42,393 nt of DNA, taken from a virus. The position numbers and the translations under genes are program-made. Shown piece after piece: positions 8,511 through 15,844 of the stretch (within the stretch, counting starts at the first letter, position 1; every line of letters begins with the position of its first letter). The stretch is taken from UHGV virus genome UHGV-0181047, one strand, 5' to 3'. The notes under the pieces were generated by a model that saw only the letters and a program-made list of their open reading frames with translations, was not told the origin of the DNA and searched no databases.

Positions 8511-8535
8511 CCAGGCAATAAGCCTGGTTTTTTTA
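8509..8535 (+). terminator. Rho-independent terminator
   Basis: gccaggcaataagcctgg + ttttttt. Confidence 0.6.
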
Positions 8536-8542
8536 TGCCAAT

Positions 8543-8845
8543 AATAGTAATTTAATTTCTGTAAAGACGTTTGGAATTGAAGTTACAACCAGATCAACTA
8601 AGGATCCGACATCTGATTTATATATTGGATCATACAAACTTGTTGAATCTCCGTCATATCCCGAAGGAGAAAATATATTAGCAGTAATCCCATATAGTGC
8701 CAGATCGAAATCAGATGCAGGACGTTCAGCTATGGTCGCATATAGAACTAGTGATACACTTATTAGTGTAAATTCACCGAATCAGCCTAACGAGGTATTT
8801 GTTGTAAATATTGCAGTATTTTATTCATTTTCTAATAACAAATGA
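8543..8845 (+). other. Promoterless RBP C-terminal cassette 4 (direct orientation)
   Basis: Begins at core AATAGTAATTTA (NSNL), 100 codons, ends TGA inside palindrome AAATGATCATTT. No start codon. Sequence unrelated to cassettes 1-3. Confidence 0.6.
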
Positions 8846-9303
8846 TCATTTTGTAGCAAATTCTCGCCAGGCTGTCCATGTGTTTGTATCCTCATCTCTA
8901 TATCGTGTGTACAAAGACACTCCATTGGTTGCAATTAAGCATGAGTAATTTCCATTACCATTGTATGGTATATTAATAGCACACACCCAACCTGACGTAG
9001 GTGCATTTTGGGAATTAAACCCAGAATACCAACCTTGTATAGAAATATTATTCCAATCGTTAATATTACCATCTTGAAGATATAAAGGTTGAGGGATCTT
9101 ATCTTGTTTATAGCTTAATTACTATCTTGGACAATACTGTATAAAGGATGACTTCCTTCGGAAGATACTATGCAAAATGAGTAAAGTGTCCTACCAGCTG
9201 GTATATATTTGCTCAGATCAATGCTACCTGTTTTCCCAGTGGTAGAAACAACTTCTCTACCAAAGACTGCTTGTACAGGTAGTAGATCCGTAGTATAAAG
9301 CAA
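8846..9303 (-). pseudogene. Decayed RBP 3' copy / cassette 5 (inverted) with 1-nt deletion in core site
   Basis: Minus strand: ...KLLYTTDLLPVQA...VQDSN then GATAGTAATT-AAGC (core missing one T) shifts frame; downstream 88 codons (SYKQDKIPQPLYL...REFATK) end at TGA in the 8840-8851 palindrome. Confidence 0.5.
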
Positions 9304-9464
9304 TTTCTGTTCTAAATTTTAAAAAAAACACCATCCATTTGACCTTTTTATATTAAAAGTGTTACCGTCACCCGTTTCTTTGAAGTAAATTCGATCATTA
9401 AAATTTTTACATAAGAAAAGAGAACCGTTTTGTTGGCCTCACCAAAACGATTCTCTTTCTTTTT

Positions 9465-9827
9465 TTAGAGCTTCTGAAGTTCTTCCAGGATGTCCTTGAT
9501 CATCTGCCAGTACTTGGCATCCAGCTTAGCGAATTTGATCAGTGTAGATTTGATAAATTCGTCATCCCCGTCCAGGATAGAACTGATAATAGCCTGCGCA
9601 TCACTATTATCGTCCTGGAACATATCACCGGATCCGTAGACAAGCCAGTCATAGTTGACTTTGAATTTTCGGCAAATGTCTTTAAGGGTTCGATCAGATG
9701 GCTTTTTCTGTCCCATTTCAATTTGAGTAACAAAATTTCTGCTTAATTCTAGCTGATCTGCAAATTGTTGTTGCGTCAAAGAAAGGGCTTTCCGAAGCTC
9801 TTTGAATCGATATTTCAACCTACTCAC
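9465..9827 (-). CDS. CI-like phage repressor (XRE-family HTH)
   Basis: HTH LSLTQQQFADQLELSRNFVTQIEMGQ; divergent from the early operon; start codon (GTG 9827 or TTG 9818) uncertain. Confidence 0.8.
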   Translation of the reverse strand: MSRLKYRFKELRKALSLTQQQFADQLELSRNFVTQIEMGQKKPSDRTLKDICRKFKVNYDWLVYGSGDMFQDDNSDAQAIISSILDGDDEFIKSTLIKFAKLDAKYWQMIKDILEELQKL

Positions 9828-9839
9828 CTCCTCAAAATT

Positions 9840-9868
9840 ATATTACTGCAAAATGCTCACAAAGTCAA
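9840..9868 (-). promoter_or_regulatory. Leftward repressor-maintenance-type promoter TTGACT-N17-TAATAT
   Basis: On minus strand upstream of the repressor gene. Confidence 0.4.
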
Positions 9869-9917
9869 CACAAAATGCTTGACAATGCTCCTAAAGTGAG
9901 TTATTATATGCTCACAA
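9853..9917. promoter_or_regulatory. Candidate operator repeats ATGCTCACAA (9853-9862 and 9908-9917)
   Basis: Two direct 10-mer copies flanking or overlapping the divergent promoters. Confidence 0.35.
9879..9907 (+). promoter_or_regulatory. Rightward early promoter TTGACA-N17-TATTAT
   Basis: Perfect -35 with 17-nt spacer; overlapped by the ATGCTCACAA operator repeat. Confidence 0.55.
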
Positions 9918-9926
9918 GGAAACAAT

Positions 9927-10139
9927 TTGTCAGATAAGCAAATCATCAAGGAGGTGAGAAGAACGAAAACATTTAAAAGTCTACACATAGATTTAGAAAA
10001 GAAGATATTTCTTCTTGACGGAGAACCATTGCAGCGGACAGTAGGCTTGTATCTGGATTACGAATTTGGAAAATGGACACTGCAGCTGACTCAGGAAGTA
10101 GATTATCAGATGCAGTGCCCAAATGAGATTAAGGAATAA
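9927..10139 (+). CDS. Small early protein, paralogue of 10537..10716
   Basis: KTFKSLHIDLEKKIFLLDGEPLQ vs KEFKSIHIDPEKKIFLLNGQPMK; the ATG of the paralogue is ACG here, so the start is inferred as TTG 9927. Confidence 0.4.
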   Translation: MSDKQIIKEVRRTKTFKSLHIDLEKKIFLLDGEPLQRTVGLYLDYEFGKWTLQLTQEVDYQMQCPNEIKE

Positions 10140-10443
10140 ATTTTGTAACGTATTCTATTACTTCCTTAAGACCATTTACAAAACGGTTTTCCATATAAAT
10201 GATAGCGGAATCGGTTAGAGTGAAATCACCCAAGATATCAGTTTTAACGAGTCCGGCGCGTTGTAATTCAGCTAATGTTGAATCGCAATCAGACGGGGAC
10301 CAGGAAGAAAAGGCATCATTTTTTGAAAAATAATTTTCTTCAAATTTACGGGCCTTTGATTTAGGAACTCCGTTTTTGCGTAGCTGTAAATAGGTTGCAT
10401 AAATACGGCAAATCATTTTGTCAGCATCTTTAGTAAGCTGCAT
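10129..10443 (-). CDS. Hypothetical protein encoded antisense within the early operon
   Basis: 104 aa, AAAGGAG RBS, flanked by the two paralogous plus-strand genes. Confidence 0.5.
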   Translation of the reverse strand: MQLTKDADKMICRIYATYLQLRKNGVPKSKARKFEENYFSKNDAFSSWSPSDCDSTLAELQRAGLVKTDILGDFTLTDSAIIYMENRFVNGLKEVIEYVTKFIP

Positions 10444-10536
10444 AAAGTTCTCCTTTCTTTAAGTACTAGGCTTTGGCGTAGGCCTGCAAGTACAAGTATA
10501 AGGCGAGAAAACAGAAAAGTAAATGGAGAGGTGAAC

Positions 10537-10716
10537 ATGAAAGAATTTAAAAGTATACATATTGATCCAGAGAAGAAAATTTTTCTTTTAAACGGACAGC
10601 CCATGAAAGATGTTTCAGAGCTGCATTTGAGCTTTGAGGATATCTGGAGACTGCAGGTGAAGAGAGAAAACGGATCAGAAGAAAGTGTAAGTACTGACCA
10701 CATAAAAGAGGAGTAA
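10537..10716 (+). CDS. Small early protein, paralogue of 9927..10139
   Basis: GGAGAGGTG RBS, ATG 10537. Confidence 0.5.
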   Translation: MKEFKSIHIDPEKKIFLLNGQPMKDVSELHLSFEDIWRLQVKRENGSEESVSTDHIKEE

Positions 10717-10883
10717 GAAAAGATGAAGAAAAACTTAATAAGTTGCATTATTGCGCTGGCATGTTCCCATGTATTTGTATTGCTGTCGGGCGGGAATATG
10801 TCCAGGTATGAAGAGGCTAGTATGTTTTGTCTTGCCTATTTATGTGTGAACCAGATTTTAAGTTAAAGAAAGGAGCGAAAGGT

Positions 10884-11042
10884 ATGTCGGAAGAAAAGAG
10901 AAATCTCATCAGAGACGTGACCACGAAGATCAACGATCTCCCGGATTTACAGAAGCAGTATGTGGCAGGTCTTATCAATGGCTTGCTGTTGGCGGCAACA
11001 ACAAATAAACCGGAGGAAGAGGCAAAATGCATGCAGAAATAG
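10884..11042 (+). CDS. Hypothetical small protein (52 aa)
   Basis: AAAGGAG RBS. Confidence 0.35.
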   Translation: MSEEKRNLIRDVTTKINDLPDLQKQYVAGLINGLLLAATTNKPEEEAKCMQK

Positions 11043-11260
11043 CGATGCTGATCGAGACAGTCAAAAAGAGAAACGGGCTGAGAGATGCAGGCATCTGCGA
11101 AAGGCTTAAGATGTCTGTATCACAGCTTCAGCACCTGCGTAGCGCTAAAGAGCTGGACCGGCTGGATTTTTGGAGAGTTGAGAAGCTTGCGGAGCTGGCC
11201 GGTAAGAAAGTAACCTGGGAGGAAGAATGCGAAAGAAAAATGGAGAGTGGGAAGAATTAG
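11027..11260 (+). CDS. Small putative HTH DNA-binding protein
   Basis: AGICERLKMSVSQLQHLRSAKE helix-turn-helix-like segment. Confidence 0.4.
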   Translation: MHAEIAMLIETVKKRNGLRDAGICERLKMSVSQLQHLRSAKELDRLDFWRVEKLAELAGKKVTWEEECERKMESGKN

Positions 11261-11393
11261 AGCAATTCTTCGCAATAGAGGTAGTAAGGAGAGCGAAGAA
11301 AAGAGCCAGAAGGTGGTTTATAGCCTGGCTGGCAACGTTTGTGGTCCTGGTGATCGTGCTGATCATCACAGCATATGGATAGGGAGGGATAGC

Positions 11394-11621
11394 ATGAATG
11401 GGAAGAGAGATCCGCGAAAACCGGATTGGTGGTTCTGGATCTATGACTGGAGTAATGCAGTCAAAAAGAGAACTGGCTGGTCTGACGAAAAACTTGCGGA
11501 TGCCATTGGTGTCAGCGTAAGAACATTGAACCATATGAAAAAAGAAGCCTACACCGGCCGAATGGGAGCTACCTTGCGGCTGCTGGCTTTGTATCAGGAT
11601 GTTACCAAAGGAGGAAAATAA
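11394..11621 (+). CDS. Small HTH protein
   Basis: ATG 11394 after GGGAGGGA; WSDEKLADAIGVSVRTLNHMKK HTH. Confidence 0.4.
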   Translation: MNGKRDPRKPDWWFWIYDWSNAVKKRTGWSDEKLADAIGVSVRTLNHMKKEAYTGRMGATLRLLALYQDVTKGGK

Positions 11622-11622
11622 A

Positions 11623-11838
11623 ATGAGATTTGAGAATCATGAAAATGAAGATGGGATATCTTATATCGCAGTAAGAAGCGGCAAAAAAGGAACTGAGAAC
11701 TACAGAGAGACACGTTTAGATGCGCAGACGATAGAAAACATTATATGGGCTATCGAACTGGTAGCGGCGCTGCTGGCGGCATTAATAGCGATCATTGTGG
11801 GAGCGGTACTGTTGAAGACCATGCTTCCGCTGATATAA
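11623..11838 (+). CDS. Small membrane protein (C-terminal TM)
   Basis: GGAGGAAAA RBS; hydrophobic IWAIELVAALLAALIAIIVGAVLL. Confidence 0.4.
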   Translation: MRFENHENEDGISYIAVRSGKKGTENYRETRLDAQTIENIIWAIELVAALLAALIAIIVGAVLLKTMLPLI

Positions 11839-12010
11839 AAGAAAAACCGCACACCGATGAGGCGATGTGCGGCACAACCAAAGGGTTGCCATTACTTTTA
11901 TCTTCATTCAAAGTATACGGCAACCCTTGAAAAAAGTCAAGTGTAATGCGGCAAAAAGCCGCTTTTACAACTTGTTAAGGTTATTATCTTTAGGACAAAA
12001 GGGGGATAAT

Positions 12011-12760
12011 ATGCCGTATTTCACCAAGATAACGGATGCAGGAGTTACCAGGGCAATAGTTGACTACCATGATAGGGCTAGGCCGGAGCCTGGAGGAAAG
12101 AGATGCAAAAAGGTAAAGCCATCTTCAGAGGCACAGAGAAAGAATAACTTAAGGAGGTCAGCGCAGCGCCTGACCATGGACCTCAATGCCAACTTTGACG
12201 AAGAGTGCTGGTATCTTACCTGGAACTATAAGACAGAACTGAGACCAAAAGATAAAGAGGAGATGCTGCAGCAGGTAAAAAAGACCCTGCGTAATCTCAG
12301 AAAAGTATATAAAAAGGCTGGCCTGGAATTGAAATATGTCTGGGTGCCAGAGATAGGGCCGAGAGGAGCCTGCCATATCCACATAGTGGTGAGTGCGATC
12401 ACGATAAATCTGATCCGGCACTGCTGGGAATATGGAGGCATGTATATAGAGCCACTTCGGGATGATCGGAACTACCGGAAGCTGGCAGAGTATTTTGTGA
12501 AGTATTCCGAAAAGACCAGGGAGACATGGGGAGGAAAGCAGGCCGGTAGGTACAACCCTAGTAAAAACCTGGTGCATCCAGAGACAAAGAAGCATCGGAG
12601 AAGAAAAAAGACCTTCTCCGCCGGGGAGATCCATGTACCGGAAGGCTGGTATCTGGATAAGGACAGCGTGCAGGAGTGGATCAACGATCAGGGATATAAA
12701 TATCTGTATTACATCCTGGTGCAGACACCAGAAAGGAGATTGCCAAAATGCAGGACGTGA
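12011..12760 (+). CDS. Rolling-circle replication initiator (HUH endonuclease)
   Basis: ATG 12011 after GGGGGA. HUH motif CHIHIVVS and Tyr motif YFVKYSEK. Terminator-like hairpin gcggcaaaaagccgc upstream. Confidence 0.55.
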   Translation: MPYFTKITDAGVTRAIVDYHDRARPEPGGKRCKKVKPSSEAQRKNNLRRSAQRLTMDLNANFDEECWYLTWNYKTELRPKDKEEMLQQVKKTLRNLRKVYKKAGLELKYVWVPEIGPRGACHIHIVVSAITINLIRHCWEYGGMYIEPLRDDRNYRKLAEYFVKYSEKTRETWGGKQAGRYNPSKNLVHPETKKHRRRKKTFSAGEIHVPEGWYLDKDSVQEWINDQGYKYLYYILVQTPERRLPKCRT

Positions 12761-13194
12761 ATATCTATCTAGCCGGGTCAATACGCGGTCCGGCCCGTAA
12801 AAGCGGAGGCTATGTGTATGTGCTGGAATGCTTCCGGAACGGGAAGGCAGTCACGCTGCAGAAAGGGAAGTGGCTGGATGATACTACAGAGAACCAGCTT
12901 GCACTCCTGGGCCTGGCGGATGCATTGACCAGGCTGAACTGCCCGTGTAACCTGTCGATCTATACAGACTGCCAGCATATCATAAATGCGATGCAAAACC
13001 ACTGGGCCAGACAGTGGCAGAAAAATAACTGGGTAAATGCAAGGGGAAATCAAGTTAAGAATGCGGATCAGTGGAAGGAGGTACTTGAAAGGCTTGATCC
13101 ACATACCTACACCTTTTCCATGGAAAATCATGCGTATACAGAGTGGATGCGTACAGAGCTTGACCGGGAAAAGGAAAAACATAGAAAAAAATAA
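12748..13194 (+). CDS. RNase H-like (RNase HI fold) protein
   Basis: IYTDCQHI...W..QW.KNNWVNARGNQVKNADQWKEVLERL aligns with RNase HI; two catalytic carboxylates appear substituted by Ala. Confidence 0.55.
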   Translation: MQDVNIYLAGSIRGPARKSGGYVYVLECFRNGKAVTLQKGKWLDDTTENQLALLGLADALTRLNCPCNLSIYTDCQHIINAMQNHWARQWQKNNWVNARGNQVKNADQWKEVLERLDPHTYTFSMENHAYTEWMRTELDREKEKHRKK

Positions 13195-13214
13195 CCGAAA
13201 GAAGGAGAAAAGTT

Positions 13215-13700
13215 ATGTTTGAGAAATTTGGAGAATTTGACAGTGTAGAGGAGCTGAACGCAGCTGCAGAGGGCCAGAAGGAAGAGGGAGATATGGAGGC
13301 TTTAGAAGCTCTGGCAGTAGAAAACGGACTGGATCCGGAAGATGCAGAGGATTATATGAACGGAGATGTGGCACAGCTGGCTAATCCACGTCTGGCAGCC
13401 CTTGGAAAACTGAAAATAGAGGCAGAGCATATAAAATGTGCGGAAATCATGGGGGACTGGCTGGACTATATCAAGGATCAGTGTATAGAAAATGAAGAGA
13501 TGCAAAGAGCAGTCCGAAAGAAGGGAAAGAGCCTGGAGGGCTGTATAGCTGAAATTTTAAAGTGGTCTTTTGCCCATCAGCTCCCTGTTGACAGCCGTAT
13601 CACATCTGTTGCAGGTGTGAAGTCGAACCGAGTTACCATAGGGATCCCAGGAATGGCGACCGTAAAGAAGATCATCAACAAATATTACCTGGGAAGGTAG
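13215..13700 (+). CDS. PcfK-like protein
   Basis: KGKSLEGCIAEILKWSFAHQ resembles the PcfK-like core; immediately precedes the PcfJ-like ORF as in many Firmicutes phages. Confidence 0.45.
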   Translation: MFEKFGEFDSVEELNAAAEGQKEEGDMEALEALAVENGLDPEDAEDYMNGDVAQLANPRLAALGKLKIEAEHIKCAEIMGDWLDYIKDQCIENEEMQRAVRKKGKSLEGCIAEILKWSFAHQLPVDSRITSVAGVKSNRVTIGIPGMATVKKIINKYYLGR

Positions 13701-13709
13701 GCGCAGACC

Positions 13710-15833
13710 ATGAAAAAGAAAGCAATAGAGAGGATACCGTATCTTGGACTGGCACAGGTGATCTCCCAAAAGGCTGTGAAGTATGTGGGAGTAACTGCGG
13801 AGAAGGAGATTGCCGGTGAAAATCATCTTTTTGTTGAGGTGTACAAAAACAGGGCAGAGGCTGTAACGGTGCCTGTGGTGCGGATCGTGCTTACGGAAAA
13901 GGACTTTGGTACTTATTTTCCCGACCGGAAAGAATGGTCCGGGGTGAAGCTGGATGAGAGCAGCCTGCCGTGGGAAAAATCGGATGGACAGAGGCGGAAT
14001 TGGAGTGACTGGCAGAAGAAAGAAGAGAGAAATGTACTGCAAAGTCCGGAAGACCTGGAACGCCTGAAAAAACTTTATACGGCACCATATGGCGTATGGA
14101 ATGGACGGTGGTGGGAGTATATCTGTAAACAGCAAAACCACATTACATTTGAGCGGTGGAACAGGGCAGAGGAAAGGAAGCGCAAACGCCGCCAGGATGC
14201 TTTAAATGACCGGATCACTCATACACCGGAGCTTCCGGAAAAGAAGATCCTTAAAAGGGCGGATCTGCTGTACTTCGGAGGCCAGCATTACCTATATTAC
14301 AAAAAATATGGAAGCTGGGCACAGATTGCCTGTAGCAGCTGTGGCGGTGTAACAGAAAGCCGTTGGAAAAGCAGTATGTCCTATGAATCCCAGTTCCAGA
14401 GACATGTAGAAGAACCGATACAGGGAAAACGGGGAACATGTCCGCTGTGTGGCGTAAAGGGCCTGTATAAATGCCAGGGAAAGACAAAAGAGGATCACAG
14501 CCAGAAGATCTATATGTTTCTGGGGCAGAAGTATCGGGAAAAAGGTGTGGTTATCCGTTATCTTGAGGTGGAAAAGACCTACAAGCTTTATGAAGAATGT
14601 GGACAGAATGGCAATGAAATGACCGGTGCAGCAGAGGTATTAAGCGGAGTGGAGATTGCCAGGACATACTTTGAACCAGGGAAAGAACCGCAGACAGATT
14701 TTCATAAGCATAATCCTTATAAAGGGAAAGACTTCTGGGATGACTGCAACTTAGGCGGTAACTATAACATCCGTATAAAAGACGGCCATGTGATGCGTGA
14801 GACCTTTAAGGAATTACAAGGGACTATGTTTCAATACAGTGCCCTGGAAGAGTATTGCAGGCAGTTTAGCAAGGCAAAACCGATAGATTATCTGAAAAGA
14901 TACACAGAGACCCCGCAGCTTGAAATGCTGGTAAAGCTGGGACTGACAAAAATTGTGGATCAGCTTGTATGGGGTGGATTTGGCATTGTAAATGACATAG
15001 ATGCAAAACGCCCAGATGAGTTCCTGGGGATCCGTAAAGAACGGGTAAAACAGTTGATCAAAGCCAAAGGGGATACCACTCTTTTAAACATTATGCAGAT
15101 GGAAAAGCGCATGGGTGCTTCCTGGACCGATATACAGATCAGCCACATGGCAGAGGCTGGGCTGGATCACAGGGGAGAACTGGGAACTATGCTGCAGTAT
15201 ATGGGGATACAGCAGATCCTTAATCGCATTTCAAAGTATGCAGGTTGTGAGTATGACACAGGAAAACGATCATCAACAGAGCTTCTTCGAAGGACGGCTA
15301 TCACCTATATGGATTATCTGGGTATGAGACATACATTGGGCTATGACCTCACAAATACGGTCTATCAGCAGCCCAGGTCCCTGGAAGATGCCCACGCATT
15401 TGTGATAAGGGAAAGAGACAAGAAACAGAAGGAACTGCGTATACAGGAAGTTATGACAAAATTCCCGCAGATACATAACAACTACAGAAAGCTCCGGAGC
15501 AGATACCTGTATGAGGATGATGAGTACCTGATCCGGCCCGCAAGGTCTGCAGCGGAGATCGTGGAAGAGGGAAGAACATTGCATCACTGTGTAGGTGGTA
15601 ACGGGTATCTGGGCAAGCATAATGATGGAGAAAGCTATATCTTGATGCTTCGGGCTAAGAAAGACCCGGAAACACCTTATATCACGGTAGAGATTGAAGG
15701 GAACAGACCGCATATACTGCAGTGGTATGGGGCAAATGATAAAAAGCCAGACAAGGAACATATGCAGGAATGGCTTGACGGATATATTAATAGGCTGAAA
15801 GCGGGAACACAGGAGCTTAAAACAGCCATGTAG
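13710..15833 (+). CDS. PcfJ-like large protein
   Basis: 707 aa; C-terminal HHCVGGNGYLGKHNDGESYILMLR motif; Cys-pair zinc-ribbon segments; gene-order context. Confidence 0.5.
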   Translation: MKKKAIERIPYLGLAQVISQKAVKYVGVTAEKEIAGENHLFVEVYKNRAEAVTVPVVRIVLTEKDFGTYFPDRKEWSGVKLDESSLPWEKSDGQRRNWSDWQKKEERNVLQSPEDLERLKKLYTAPYGVWNGRWWEYICKQQNHITFERWNRAEERKRKRRQDALNDRITHTPELPEKKILKRADLLYFGGQHYLYYKKYGSWAQIACSSCGGVTESRWKSSMSYESQFQRHVEEPIQGKRGTCPLCGVKGLYKCQGKTKEDHSQKIYMFLGQKYREKGVVIRYLEVEKTYKLYEECGQNGNEMTGAAEVLSGVEIARTYFEPGKEPQTDFHKHNPYKGKDFWDDCNLGGNYNIRIKDGHVMRETFKELQGTMFQYSALEEYCRQFSKAKPIDYLKRYTETPQLEMLVKLGLTKIVDQLVWGGFGIVNDIDAKRPDEFLGIRKERVKQLIKAKGDTTLLNIMQMEKRMGASWTDIQISHMAEAGLDHRGELGTMLQYMGIQQILNRISKYAGCEYDTGKRSSTELLRRTAITYMDYLGMRHTLGYDLTNTVYQQPRSLEDAHAFVIRERDKKQKELRIQEVMTKFPQIHNNYRKLRSRYLYEDDEYLIRPARSAAEIVEEGRTLHHCVGGNGYLGKHNDGESYILMLRAKKDPETPYITVEIEGNRPHILQWYGANDKKPDKEHMQEWLDGYINRLKAGTQELKTAM

Positions 15834-15844
15834 GAGGCAGAGAA

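Noticed and set aside
10413-10748. Minus ORF 10413..10748 (111 aa)
   Set aside because: It overlaps the better-supported plus-strand paralogue 10537..10716, has F/L/S-rich antisense-type composition and no RBS.
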